Assembly (NCBI GenBank): GCA_965197725.1
Contig: CBDANQ010000058.1
Coordinates: 28,268-92,267 of the forward strand
DNA length: 64,000 nt
Reading direction: 5' to 3'
Source: Longimicrobiales bacterium
Lineage (GTDB): Bacteria; Gemmatimonadota; Gemmatimonadetes; Longimicrobiales; Gaopeijiaceae
This document shows positions 45,957 through 55,852 of the stretch, piece by piece. Every line of letters begins with the position of its first letter. Within the stretch, counting starts at the first letter, position 1. Made by a program: the position numbers and the translations under genes. The notes beneath the pieces are model-generated. The model was given only the letters and a program-made list of their open reading frames with translations, had not been told where the DNA came from and ran no database searches.

Positions 45957-46436
45957 TCAGCTACGGTCGATTACAATCGTGTGGGTATTGCCGACGGAGA
46001 AGACGATCGCCCCGCTGAGGAACTCCGCGATCGCGTTCCCGAGGTCGTCCTCGACAGCAACGACCGAGACGCCGATCAGCACCGTCGTATTCGGGTCCCC
46101 CGGCAAACCACCGGGCAACGACCAGCTCTCGAAGTCGAGCTGATACCCATCCCCCGCGAAGGTGAAGCCTTCGGGTAGGTATGAATCGAGCCCCGTCGGA
46201 ATCGTCCCCACCACGGCCTCCGGGGGCCAACCGAGTAGATCGGCTTGATCGTTCAGCGTCGCGACGCGCACGACCTCCATGTCCGCCGCGACGTCGGTGG
46301 CTCGAGCGCGGTAGATCATCGTTTGCAGGTTGGGAATCGCGAATCCGGCCAGAATACCCACAATCGATGCCGCGATCATCAGCTCGATGAGCGTGAACCC
46401 TCCGCGGCGTGAATCACGTCGCTGGATCTGGCTCAT
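45957..46436 (-). CDS. prepilin-type N-terminal cleavage/methylation domain protein (pilin/pseudopilin-like)
   Basis: Start ATG at 46436 (MSQIQRRDSRRG|GFTLIELMIAASIVGILAGFAIPN). This is the classical G/FTLIE class III signal. The ATG overlaps the TGA of the upstream gene (TGATG). Confidence 0.8.
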   Translation of the reverse strand: MSQIQRRDSRRGGFTLIELMIAASIVGILAGFAIPNLQTMIYRARATDVAADMEVVRVATLNDQADLLGWPPEAVVGTIPTGLDSYLPEGFTFAGDGYQLDFESWSLPGGLPGDPNTTVLIGVSVVAVEDDLGNAIAEFLSGAIVFSVGNTHTIVIDRS

Positions 46437-46951
46437 CAGGACTCCCCCCGAAGCTTGCTTGTCGCGTCGGAGCCGACCCACTCGTTCGCTGATTCGGACG
46501 AGTCGTACCGCACCACCTCGGTCCCGATCGTCGCAATCAACTCGTACCGGTTCGCCTCGATGATGAAGTACTCGACACCGGGTACCGTGCTGCCCGCGTC
46601 CTCCAGCGCTACCGGAAGCTCGCCGTTTTGTTCGCGATAGGCGTCCACACGCATCGCCTGCATGTACATCGCCAACCTCATGTTGTCGACCTGCTCCTCA
46701 ATGGGTGCAGCCTCAATGGGGTTCATGACGACCCACGCCGGCGGTGCGATCAACAAGTAGACGGCGAAGACGCCCAGATTGATGCCCAGCGGAAGCACCC
46801 ACTTCGCCTGTGCTTTGTCCGCCCTTCTTTCTTGCTGGGCCTCGTCGCGCTGGGCTGCATGATCCAATACGGCCGAAACGGCGTCGGCCGCTTCCTGGCC
46901 CGGCGTCCTATTGCCTGCGTGATAGGGTCGTACTTCGTCCTGTGAACTCAT
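46436..46951 (-). CDS. hypothetical single-pass membrane protein, translationally coupled to the pilin gene
   Basis: ATG at 46951 (MSSQDEVRPYHAG...). It has a charged N-terminus, a TM segment (WVLPLGINLGVFAVYLLIAPPAWVV) and an exported C-domain. Confidence 0.5.
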   Translation of the reverse strand: MSSQDEVRPYHAGNRTPGQEAADAVSAVLDHAAQRDEAQQERRADKAQAKWVLPLGINLGVFAVYLLIAPPAWVVMNPIEAAPIEEQVDNMRLAMYMQAMRVDAYREQNGELPVALEDAGSTVPGVEYFIIEANRYELIATIGTEVVRYDSSESANEWVGSDATSKLRGES

Positions 46952-47183
46952 TCCGGGGGAGCTGGAACATTCGTCGAGGCACACCGATGCGGCTTGATCC
47001 GCACAATATCCCTGATCCGCACTGTATCAAAGTTATACCCACAACCGGGTCGGCCCAAGAAGAAAGTGCCCTCGAACTCGGCCCACTCGTCCACTTGATA
47101 GTAGGCTTCTCCCGACCTCGAGGACAGGAGTTGGTGCCGCTCCGCTCTCGACGATCCGAATGGGCCTGAGTAGCTTCGAAACC

Positions 47184-47864
47184 ATGCCACGTCGCGCACT
47201 CTCACGGTCCGTCGAGGACTACCTGAAGGCCATCTTCGGGCTTTCAAGTGGCGGCGATCCAGCGTCCACCAGCGCCATCGCAGACGCTCTGCACATTCAG
47301 CCCGCCTCGGTAACCGGCATGGTCAAGCGACTGGCCGAGGCCGGACTGGTGGAGCACGTGCCCTACCGTGGGGTCCGGCTCACCGATGCCGGCGAGCGGG
47401 CGGCGCTCAAGGTCCTGCGACGCCACCGCGTCATCGAGACCTACCTCTGCGAACTGCTCGAGTACCAGTGGGACGATGTGCACGCGGAGGCGGAGCGCCT
47501 CGAACATGCAGCCTCCGATGAGCTCGTCGAGCGCATGGCGACCGCTTTGGGCTCCCCGAGTCACGACCCGCACGGCTCTCCCATTCCAACACGAGCGGGC
47601 GAGATCGAGGCCACGGAGCTGGCGACGCTTGCGGACGCGGCACGCGGAACGAGGGTGCTCATCCGCGAGGTCCCCGACGAGGAAGCCGACGAGCTCCGTT
47701 CAATGGCCGCCGACGGGCTCGTGCCGGGAGTTGCGGTGCTGGTCGACTCGGCCCAGGACGTGGAGGGGGTCGTAGGCGTCATCATCGGTGGCGACGAAGG
47801 CGTCGCCCTAGCGGTCCAGGACCACCTCGCCCGGCGGATATTCGTCGTCCCGGACGAAGCCTGA
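47184..47864 (+). CDS. DtxR/MntR/IdeR family metal-dependent transcriptional regulator
   Basis: ATG at 47184 (MPRRALSRSVEDYLKAIFGL). HTH region: TSAIADALHIQPASVTGMVKRLAEAGLV. Metal-site region: RRHRVIETYL...HAEAERLEHA. There is a C-terminal FeoA/SH3-like domain. Confidence 0.85.
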   Translation: MPRRALSRSVEDYLKAIFGLSSGGDPASTSAIADALHIQPASVTGMVKRLAEAGLVEHVPYRGVRLTDAGERAALKVLRRHRVIETYLCELLEYQWDDVHAEAERLEHAASDELVERMATALGSPSHDPHGSPIPTRAGEIEATELATLADAARGTRVLIREVPDEEADELRSMAADGLVPGVAVLVDSAQDVEGVVGVIIGGDEGVALAVQDHLARRIFVVPDEA

Positions 47865-47898
47865 CCGTAGAGCGACGGCCTGTGATCCTGGGGGTCAG

Positions 47899-48849
47899 CT
47901 AAGACGCGGGACAGGCGGGCGCCGAGAAGGCCCCACCCGGGGGAGCCGAGTTCACGACAACCTCGAAAGTGCGCGTCACCGTAGAGGCGAAGACCCCCGT
48001 GCCGTCCCCGCGAATGCTCGGCACGCGCACCTGCCCCGACGAGTTGAAATTGCCGCCCCGGGCCCAGTTCACGTAGTTCCGGTCCGTCGCCGAAATCATC
48101 ACCGGGGCCCGCGTACCCGGCGGCAGTCCGTCCTGGAGGCTCGTCGCGAGGTCCTGGTCGAGCTCGAAGCGGCTGAAGATCCCGAACTCACCGGGAAACA
48201 CGATCGTGGTGTCGGAGGCCGAGATCGAGAGGCCCAGCAGCTCCAACGTGTCGCTCTCCACGTCGATTCCAAGCGGGGCGAGCCCGTCCTTGATGCCTAC
48301 GATCACGGTCTCGTTCACATAAGCCCACGTGCCCATGGACGCCGTCCAGCGAACGGTGAGCGGGGTGCTCGGTGGGAGTAGACACTCGGCCCCCTCCACG
48401 ACGCCCAGGATCGCAAAGTCCCCGGGCACGACCGTGGCGCTCGTCAGCGCCCCACCCGAGGCTAGGTCTATGCGCAGTCGGAGGTGGTCCCCCGGGCCGA
48501 AAGACGCCGCGGTCGCGGGCGCCAACCAGTAGCAAGAGCCCGTACCACCCTCGGGCGTCGCGCTGACGCACCTCTCGATCGCGGTCTCCGCGAGTTCCAC
48601 GCTCGATCCACCATCTCGCGTGATGACGATCTTGGCGCCCGGCACCGGGTGGAAGCCCTCACCCACCCCCCCGACGGTCCGGTGCAGAAACGCGGTCACG
48701 CGGTCGCCGCCGAAGAGGCCCTCGCCGATCTGAACGTAAACCTCCGCAATGACCACATCCTCGACATCCACGATCGTGATCTCCTGGAGGTCACAGCCCC
48801 CGAGACCCAACAACACGACCATGGCCCAGATCCGACGCCCCCCCGCCAT
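47899..48849 (-). CDS. lipoprotein, DUF4249-like (TonB-receptor-associated)
   Basis: ATG at 48849 (MAGGRRIWAMVVLLGLGGC, with a lipobox). The start overlaps the TonB receptor stop (TGATG). The family call rests on position plus the beta-rich exported sequence. The ORF-track start at 49248 is over-extended. Confidence 0.55.
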   Translation of the reverse strand: MAGGRRIWAMVVLLGLGGCDLQEITIVDVEDVVIAEVYVQIGEGLFGGDRVTAFLHRTVGGVGEGFHPVPGAKIVITRDGGSSVELAETAIERCVSATPEGGTGSCYWLAPATAASFGPGDHLRLRIDLASGGALTSATVVPGDFAILGVVEGAECLLPPSTPLTVRWTASMGTWAYVNETVIVGIKDGLAPLGIDVESDTLELLGLSISASDTTIVFPGEFGIFSRFELDQDLATSLQDGLPPGTRAPVMISATDRNYVNWARGGNFNSSGQVRVPSIRGDGTGVFASTVTRTFEVVVNSAPPGGAFSAPACPAS

Positions 48850-51293
48850 CAGAAGTGCACCTCGAAGCCGAACGTAGGCAGAATCGGGAACATTGAAATG
48901 CCGGAGCGCGTCGCCGGGGAACGGTCGTATTCGTGGAAATAGAAGAGCACGTTGCGCTGGTCGTAGACGTTCACCAGATCGACCCGGGCCGTGATCGTTC
49001 CCCACGACTTCTCGAACGGCTTCCGGAAGCTCGCGTCGAGCCGATGGTATGTCGGATACCGAGACGCATTGCGGCTCTCGAGCGCGACAGCATAAGCGCC
49101 GAAGTCGCCGTCCTCGGCGGCGCCCGCCCATTCGAGGCGGCCGGCGCTGCCGACAAACTGCGGCGAGTAATATGCGTACGACCCGAGCGCGCGCGTATAG
49201 GGGGTGCCTGTGCCAACGTTCCAACGCAGCCCTCCTTGCCAGCCCCACGGGAGCGGGTAGCGCAGCACGAGGTCGACGTCGAGCCGACGATCGAAGATAG
49301 GGGCGTATGTGATGGACGGCTGGGGCACCTCCGGGGCCAACATGTCGCCGAAAGTCCGGTCGGCCCGCAGGAACGAAACGGCGATCCAGCCGTTCACGTC
49401 GCCCGTCTCCTTGCGCAGGAGCAGATCCGCGCCGTACGAGAGGCCGTCACCCGAGAGAATGTCGTCGAAGTCGTCGTTGGGGTCGTCGGCTACGTTGAAA
49501 GTCACCACGCCGTCGAAGGACCGCACGTAGGCTTCGATGGACCAAAACCAATCGATGTCCCGATATCCCTCGACACCGAGCTGAAGCTGATCCGAGACCA
49601 CGTGCGGCGCGCTCGCGCCGGCGAGCACCCAGATATCCAGTCCCAGAGGGAGTTCCTCGTCCCTGAGAGAGTGAAGGAACTGGGTGTACCGACCAGCCGC
49701 GACCTTCACCGCGACGTCACCGCCATCGAAGAAGCGCTTGGCCGCGAGCCGGGGCGCCAACTCGAGGATCCGATCGCCGGGGTCCGGGCTCCACGCGTCG
49801 AGACGCAGACCAACCTCGAGCAACCATTCTCGTGGGCGCGACCAGGTTGTCTGGGCATAGGTGCCAAGTAGCCACCCGTCACCCTCGCCGCTACCGAATT
49901 CGGTGCCTCCCGTCTGGAAGAGATTGCGGTACGAGAGGTGCTCGAGCGCCCCTCCAACCCTTATGCCCATGGTCGGGGTGGGCCGAGTATCGAGGTCGAC
50001 GCGAAGCTGGCTCTGTGCGATCCGACTCGTGAACTCGGTATCGGCGAAGTCCGGGAAACTCAGGCCGGTCCCGTAGCGGCTGACATTCGCGCGGACGTCG
50101 AGCGAGCCCCCGCCGCGGCGCGCGTGCGTCCACCGGCCGCCAACGACGTCGTTGCCCCAGTCCCAGTCGATGCGGAGTGGAAAGTCCTCGGCGTCGAGCC
50201 GCGTGAGATCGAGCACATCCTTCCCGGTGTATCCGGTCAGCGTGATGCGGTCGCCCGAGTTGGTCCACCCCTCCATCACTGTCTGGAGATCGGTGAGGTG
50301 ATAGGGGAACTCGAACGCGGGCTTCATCAGGATGTCGAAGTACGACCGCCGGGCCGAAGTGCGCCATTTGACGTTCGCGAGGCCCAAAGAGTTGGCCGTA
50401 CCGCGGGGGAGGCTGCCGCCTATTGCGACACGACTGGCGAGCAGGGAGATGCCGGCGTCGACCCGGAAATCACCGTCGCCGGGATCGCTCTCGATCTGGA
50501 GGACTGACGAGATCCGGCCGCCGTGCTCCGCCGGAAAGCCTCCTGAGAACAGCTCGGCCCGGTCCAGCATGTCCGCGTTGAAGACGGAGAAGAATCCGCC
50601 GAGATGGAACGGGCTGAAGATCGGCACGCCGTCGAGCAGGATCAGGTTCTGATCGGCCGAGCCACCCCGGACGTGGAACGAAGCCGAGAAGTCCGATGTG
50701 GATACCACCCCGGGCAGAACCTCGATGGCTCGGATCGGATCAGCCTCGACGACACCTGGGAGCTGATTGAGGTCCGAGAGGTTGATCTCACGGACCGTCA
50801 CGCCTCCGAGCTGCTCGAAACGGATTCGCTCCCGGCTCCGCTCCGCTTCGACGGAAATGCCCTCGACCTCGATGGCCTGGAGTACCAACCGGAGGTCGTA
50901 CTCGAGCGTTTGCCCGGCGGCGAGCGTCAAGACCTCGGTCTGCTCGGCGTAGCCGAGTGCCTGAACCAGAAGCCGATACGTTCCGGTGGGCACTGATGCG
51001 AGCCGGAACGAACCGAGGCGGTCGGTATCGGCTGCACCGATCGTGATGCTCCCTGCGAGCAGCCGGACCGTCGCACCGTACACGGCCGAGCCCTCTTCGC
51101 CTCGGACACGCCCTTGAACGGTGCTCAGCTGCGCCTCGACCGACGGAACCCAGATCACGAGCAGCGTCCCGAGCGCGAGCAGGCACCGCCCCACCCATCC
51201 ATGTACCGACAAAGTGATCCTCTTGCTGATTGGGTCCCCCCCCCGCGTGGACTTGCCCCGCGTGCCGGGCCGGGCGACTTCTATACCGCGCAC
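48849..51293 (-). CDS. TonB-dependent receptor with an N-terminal carboxypeptidase-regulatory-like domain
   Basis: CarbopepD_reg-like region: VQGRVRGEEGSAVYGATVRL...GSFRLASVPTGTYRLLVQALGY. Plug region: DPIRAIEVLPGVVSTSDFSASFHVRGGSADQNLILLDGVPIFSPFH. The C-terminal barrel ends in F. The probable real start is the GTG at 51194 (VGRCLLALGTLLVIWVPSVEA). Confidence 0.85.
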   Translation of the reverse strand: MRGIEVARPGTRGKSTRGGDPISKRITLSVHGWVGRCLLALGTLLVIWVPSVEAQLSTVQGRVRGEEGSAVYGATVRLLAGSITIGAADTDRLGSFRLASVPTGTYRLLVQALGYAEQTEVLTLAAGQTLEYDLRLVLQAIEVEGISVEAERSRERIRFEQLGGVTVREINLSDLNQLPGVVEADPIRAIEVLPGVVSTSDFSASFHVRGGSADQNLILLDGVPIFSPFHLGGFFSVFNADMLDRAELFSGGFPAEHGGRISSVLQIESDPGDGDFRVDAGISLLASRVAIGGSLPRGTANSLGLANVKWRTSARRSYFDILMKPAFEFPYHLTDLQTVMEGWTNSGDRITLTGYTGKDVLDLTRLDAEDFPLRIDWDWGNDVVGGRWTHARRGGGSLDVRANVSRYGTGLSFPDFADTEFTSRIAQSQLRVDLDTRPTPTMGIRVGGALEHLSYRNLFQTGGTEFGSGEGDGWLLGTYAQTTWSRPREWLLEVGLRLDAWSPDPGDRILELAPRLAAKRFFDGGDVAVKVAAGRYTQFLHSLRDEELPLGLDIWVLAGASAPHVVSDQLQLGVEGYRDIDWFWSIEAYVRSFDGVVTFNVADDPNDDFDDILSGDGLSYGADLLLRKETGDVNGWIAVSFLRADRTFGDMLAPEVPQPSITYAPIFDRRLDVDLVLRYPLPWGWQGGLRWNVGTGTPYTRALGSYAYYSPQFVGSAGRLEWAGAAEDGDFGAYAVALESRNASRYPTYHRLDASFRKPFEKSWGTITARVDLVNVYDQRNVLFYFHEYDRSPATRSGISMFPILPTFGFEVHF

Positions 51294-51374
51294 GCGCTTC
51301 CCGGTGCCCTTCGCCTGGGCGGGTGGCCACCCCGGCCTGCTGGCCTGAAGCGGTCACTGTACTATCTTCGCTCG

Positions 51375-52313
51375 ATGCCCTCCACGGAAGAACTGCTGGC
51401 CAGAGTCCCGCTGTTCAAGGCACTCGAGGTCCAAGATCTCACACGACTGGCCGCAGCCTCCCGCGTCGAGACCTTTTCTCCGGGCGAAGCAATCGTCGAG
51501 GTAGGAGAACCGGGGCGGTCGATCTATCTGGTTACGGAGGGCCACGTGCAGGTGCTCTATCCAGTGCGCACCGAGGAGGTCGAGCTCGCTCGCATGGGCC
51601 CCGGCGAGTTCTTCGGGGAGATGGCCCTCCTCAACGAAAAGCCACGCAGCGCAACGGTCCGCTCGGTGGGTGAAGTCTCTGCAATCGTTCTGGACAAGAC
51701 CGAGTTCCACGCGCTCGTGCTGGACCGACCGCGAGTCGCCTTGGCATTGCTCGAGGCACTCTCCGTGCGCATCCGCCAGGCAGATGAGCAGATCAGCGGG
51801 CTCAGCGATCAGGCCGTGCGCGATCCGCTCACGGGGCTGCTGAACCGACGCGCGTTCACCGAACGAATCGAGCAGGAGGTCGACCGCACACGCCGATACG
51901 AGAGAGACTTCTCATTGATCATGATGGACCTCGACCATTTCAAGGCGATCAACGACACGTTGGGGCACGACGTCGGCGACGAGGTGCTCAGTTGGGTCGG
52001 ACGCATCCTGACAGAGCACACGCGGGTCGCGGACACACCGTTCCGTATCGGTGGTGAAGAGTTCACCGTTCTCTGTCCGGCCACGGGCAGGGAGCTCGCG
52101 CAAGCCCTGGCTCAGCGGTTGGTGGACGTCGTGGCTGAAGCCAAGCCGCCGGTCGGACACGAACTGCGCGTCACAATGTCCGCCGCGTACGCTACATCCC
52201 CTGAGCACGGTGAGGCGACGGAGGCCCTCTACAACGCGGCGGACCAGGCACTGCTGAAGGCCAAGCGCGAGGGCCGGAATCGGGTCATGGCACCCGCAGA
52301 CGGCGCTACGTGA
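51375..52313 (+). CDS. cyclic-nucleotide-binding domain / GGDEF diguanylate cyclase
   Basis: ATG at 51375 (MPSTEELLARVPLFKAL). cNMP motif: FGEMALLNEKPRSATVRS. GGDEF domain: DPLTGLLNRRAF, MDLDHFKAINDTLGH, and active site RIGGEEF with the I-site RVAD five residues upstream. Confidence 0.85.
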   Translation: MPSTEELLARVPLFKALEVQDLTRLAAASRVETFSPGEAIVEVGEPGRSIYLVTEGHVQVLYPVRTEEVELARMGPGEFFGEMALLNEKPRSATVRSVGEVSAIVLDKTEFHALVLDRPRVALALLEALSVRIRQADEQISGLSDQAVRDPLTGLLNRRAFTERIEQEVDRTRRYERDFSLIMMDLDHFKAINDTLGHDVGDEVLSWVGRILTEHTRVADTPFRIGGEEFTVLCPATGRELAQALAQRLVDVVAEAKPPVGHELRVTMSAAYATSPEHGEATEALYNAADQALLKAKREGRNRVMAPADGAT

Positions 52314-52315
52314 CT

Positions 52316-54829
52316 TCACGCGAACCAACTCGTCAGTCGTTCGAGCGCCCCCAGGAGATCGGGCTCTAGCTCGAGCACGGACCGTAGCGGGTCATCGCCC
52401 AAGCGCTTCATGCGTCTGGGCACGCTCTTGATGGTGTGGCTCGCGATGGTGAGCCTCCTGTTGACCTCGCCCCACCTGAGCGGCGCCGACACGGGTGCGC
52501 CAGGCTTGGGGCGAACCGTGAACGGCGCGACCAATAGACGGCCATGTCCGTTCTGAACGAAGTCGACGTAAACCTTTCCCTCGCGCCTATCCGGATTGCG
52601 CGTGAGCGTCGCGATCTCCGGCCGCTCGGCGACGACGACTCGGGCGAGAAGTTGTGCCATGGTTCGTGACTGCTCGTAGGTGAGCTGCCTACCCAGCGGC
52701 ACCAGCACGTGGATCCCGGTCGAACCGCTCGTCTTCGGGAACGACGGCAGACCGATCTCCTGGCACAGGTCGTGGACCGTGCGGGCGATCTCGACCACGT
52801 CCGTGAACGGTGCCTCCTTCGGATCCAGATCGAGAATGCACCAGTCGGGATGAGCCAGCGTGGCGATCCGACTGGACCACACATGCAACGGGATCGTGCC
52901 CATGTTGATGACGTAGAGCAACGACTCGACGTCTTCCGCAACGAAGTACGAGAGCTCCCTCTGCGAACCCTCGCTCCACACGGTCACACGCCGGAACCAA
53001 TCCGGCGCATAGGGCGGAGCATCCTTCTGAAAGAACGACTTTCCGTCGATACCGTCCGGATACCGCGTCATGACCAGCGGACGGTCTTCGAGGTAGGGCA
53101 GCATCCATTCCGAGACCTGCCGATGGTATTCGATCAGATCGCCTTTCGTGTAGCCTTCCGCGGGCCAGAATACGTTGTCGAGGTTGGTGAACGGTACGGT
53201 CCGCTCCTCGATCATCTCCACCGGCTCAGGTGGCTCGGCCTCACCCCCGAGCGCCCCCTCGACAACACACTCCGAGGGCCGCTTGTCGGTGCGGAAGCGA
53301 GAGAACGACGGCTGACGTACTAGTCCCTGCTCGGTGAACTCCTTGTACTTCACCTCCGCAACCATCTCAGGCCGAACCCAGTGGTGGCCCTTCCCCTTGG
53401 GCACGTGCCCCTTGGTACAGGCGCTCGAATCAAGCTCGATGTCCTCCAGCAGCGAACGCACGCCGTCGAGTTCCGAGTCCCTGAAACCGCTTCCGACGTT
53501 GCCCAAGAAGACCAGGTCCTCCCCATCGTACTGGCCGATGTGCAGAGAGCCGAAGCCGCCACGCGACCCCTTGGGCTCCGTCCAGCCGACGACGACGAAG
53601 TCCTCGATCCGAACCGTACGAACCTTGATCCAGCTCTTCGAGCGCCCGCCCCGGTACGGCGCGTCCGCCCTCTTGCCGACGATTCCTTCAAGGCGCATCG
53701 ACTCGACGTGCTCGTACATCGCCTCCCCCCGCTCCGGGATGTGATCCGAGTAGCGGATCGGTCCCACAGAGGGTAGAACGTCCCTCAGGATCCGCTTGCG
53801 CTCCAGCAGGGGCAGCCCGCGCAGATCGTGCCGCTCGAGGCCGAGGATGTCGAACGCGTAGTAGATCGCAGGCAGCTCGACGCTCGCGCGCAGGGCATCG
53901 ACCACGTTCAGGATGCGACCCCTCCGTTGCAGGCGTGAGAAGGACGGTTTGCCCTCCCCGTCGTTGACGACGACTTCGCCATCGAGCACGAGACCTTCAT
54001 AAGGGAGGCCCCGAACCGCGCGCGCGATCTCGGGAAACGTGGGGGTCATGTCGTGCCCGGCTCGCGAGCGCAGGTATGGTTCCCGTCCCGAGCGCTCGGC
54101 CAGGAGGCGATACCCGTCGTACTTCAGCTCGAAGATCCAACCCTCTCGGCTGAACGGCCTCTCTTCGCTCGAAGCGAGCATGAGGCTGACAGCGTTGGCT
54201 GATACGGCCCTCTTCCTCGCCCCCACCCCGGCGATCTGTTCGGCCAGCTCGTCGGCAAGGTCATCGGCGTTCGGAAACTCGTCCACCGTGAGTCCGGAGT
54301 AGATCGAGTCGTCGGGATAGTCCTCGGTGCTGCCCTCATCGTCGAGGTAGGCGTCCCGTTCCTTGATGAGGAGCCACGAATTGGGCGCCTGCCTCGTCTT
54401 CACCAGGGTCCAGTTGCCGAGCAGTTTGTGGCCCCTCAGTTCGAACAGGAGCTTCCCCTTCTCGAGGCCCTCCTTCGCATCCTCGAGCGGTACCCACACC
54501 CCCCGATCCCACACGATCATCGCACCTGCGCCGTACTCGCCCTCGGGGATGACGCCCTCGAACTCCGCGTACTCGAGCGGATGGTCCTCGGTCTTCATCG
54601 CGAGGCGTTTGTCGGCCTGGTTCGGTGACGGGCCCTTCGGGATGGCCCACGAGAGCAGCACTCCATCCAGCTCTAGGCGAAGGTCCCAATGCAGGTTGCG
54701 CGCAGCATGCTTCTGCACGACGAAGATGCTGCCACCCGCAACCACCCGCCCGCCGAACGGCTCGGGCGTGCGGGAGGCGGAGCGCTTTTCGCGATACTTC
54801 GCAAGGCGTTCGTCGCGGGTCGGCGTCAT
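52316..54829 (-). CDS. ligD: ATP-dependent DNA ligase LigD (phosphoesterase-ligase-polymerase order)
   Basis: 837 aa. N-terminal 3'-phosphoesterase: FVVQKHAARNLHWDLRLE. Ligase adenylation site: WIFELKYDGYRLL. C-terminal primase-polymerase domain: LVMTRYPDGIDGKSFFQKD ... LDLDP. Confidence 0.9.
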   Translation of the reverse strand: MTPTRDERLAKYREKRSASRTPEPFGGRVVAGGSIFVVQKHAARNLHWDLRLELDGVLLSWAIPKGPSPNQADKRLAMKTEDHPLEYAEFEGVIPEGEYGAGAMIVWDRGVWVPLEDAKEGLEKGKLLFELRGHKLLGNWTLVKTRQAPNSWLLIKERDAYLDDEGSTEDYPDDSIYSGLTVDEFPNADDLADELAEQIAGVGARKRAVSANAVSLMLASSEERPFSREGWIFELKYDGYRLLAERSGREPYLRSRAGHDMTPTFPEIARAVRGLPYEGLVLDGEVVVNDGEGKPSFSRLQRRGRILNVVDALRASVELPAIYYAFDILGLERHDLRGLPLLERKRILRDVLPSVGPIRYSDHIPERGEAMYEHVESMRLEGIVGKRADAPYRGGRSKSWIKVRTVRIEDFVVVGWTEPKGSRGGFGSLHIGQYDGEDLVFLGNVGSGFRDSELDGVRSLLEDIELDSSACTKGHVPKGKGHHWVRPEMVAEVKYKEFTEQGLVRQPSFSRFRTDKRPSECVVEGALGGEAEPPEPVEMIEERTVPFTNLDNVFWPAEGYTKGDLIEYHRQVSEWMLPYLEDRPLVMTRYPDGIDGKSFFQKDAPPYAPDWFRRVTVWSEGSQRELSYFVAEDVESLLYVINMGTIPLHVWSSRIATLAHPDWCILDLDPKEAPFTDVVEIARTVHDLCQEIGLPSFPKTSGSTGIHVLVPLGRQLTYEQSRTMAQLLARVVVAERPEIATLTRNPDRREGKVYVDFVQNGHGRLLVAPFTVRPKPGAPVSAPLRWGEVNRRLTIASHTIKSVPRRMKRLGDDPLRSVLELEPDLLGALERLTSWFA

Positions 54830-54880
54830 TGCGTAGGCGACAGAACCGGCGAGACCGAAGTAGTAGTCGAGTTGGGCGGC

Positions 54881-55186
54881 TCAGTGCCGGGGAATCCCGC
54901 TCCCATTCTTGTCGGGCCAACGCCCGAAGCTCATCAGCCCGGGGTTCAGCCACGCGGCCACGCCGGCGACCGCGATGTCGGCCAGCTCGCTCGGGTCGGC
55001 CTGCACGGCGAGCGCACTTCCCTCTCCCGATCGAATCTCTGAGATCACCTCGCCCGCGTTGTCAGCGCTGTGCGGATAGTTCACCACGATGGACGCCTCA
55101 TCCTTGCCCAAACGTTCAGCGACCGCACGCCCGATACGCCTCGAACCGTCCGTAACAACTGCCACTTTTCCAGTGAGAGACGCCAT
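54881..55186 (-). pseudogene. truncated/degenerate short-chain dehydrogenase (SDR) remnant
   Basis: MASLTGKVAVVTDGSRRIGRAVAERLGKDEASIVVNYPHSADNAGEVISEIRSGEGSALAVQADPS aligns with a classical SDR N-terminus. The TGxxxGIG motif is degraded (TDGSRRIG). The ORF ends after about 100 aa with no catalytic YxxxK region. Confidence 0.45.
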
Positions 55187-55360
55187 AGAGCCACCTTTCC
55201 TGTCCAAAGCTACGCACGCGACTTCTTGGGGGACGGCGTCCGTGCTCTGTTCACTGCTATTGGTTTGATTCCGCCGTCCTCGCAGCCTAACCCTACCGCT
55301 CCGGGATTGTTTCCACACTCTAGGCGCAGCGGGACAGGGTGGGAAGCAAAGCCGCCTGGT

Positions 55361-55852
55361 TCAGTGAGCTTCGCCCTGGTCGTCCGCGGACGGGCCGTAG
55401 ATCGACGGCACCTTAGCACCCATCGGCCGCAGATACGTGCTGAGCTGACCGCGATGATGTACCGAGTCCAAGAGCATCCCCCATGCGAGTTGCTGGCACG
55501 GAGCCTCCATGACCAAGTGATCGCCCGCATAGAACTGGCCCACCTCTAACCACTGACCCTCGTCCATGGCGCTGAGCCGACCGATGAGTGCTCCGAATGA
55601 GTCGTCGACCTGCTGCACGGCGCTTTTCACCGAATCGAAGGGTACCTGGTTTCGATGATGGATCACCCCATCGTCAAGAAGCTCCTGCAGATCGAGATTG
55701 TGGCCGATGAGATGCTCGATCAATTGCCGCGCGCTACGCGCCTTGGGATCCGCTCGATACTCCAGCCCATCGTCCGGAGCCGCACCGATGACCTTGACGA
55801 AAAGGCCGCGCTCCTGGGCGAGAAAACTCTGAAAAAATGCCGGCGTGCTCAT
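55361..55852 (-). CDS. DinB family (damage-inducible, four-helix bundle) protein
   Basis: ATG at 55852 (MSTPAFFQSF...). DinB-like histidines are present: LIEHLIGH ... LLDSVHHRGQLSTYLR. Confidence 0.7.
   Translation of the reverse strand: MSTPAFFQSFLAQERGLFVKVIGAAPDDGLEYRADPKARSARQLIEHLIGHNLDLQELLDDGVIHHRNQVPFDSVKSAVQQVDDSFGALIGRLSAMDEGQWLEVGQFYAGDHLVMEAPCQQLAWGMLLDSVHHRGQLSTYLRPMGAKVPSIYGPSADDQGEAH

Noticed and set aside
47000-47183. Direct repeat GATCCGCAC ... GATCCGCAC (spaced about 12 nt apart) upstream of the DtxR-type regulator. I checked it as a possible DtxR/MntR operator.
   Set aside because: It is not palindromic and does not resemble the known DtxR/IdeR/MntR boxes. Two 9-mers alone are weak evidence.
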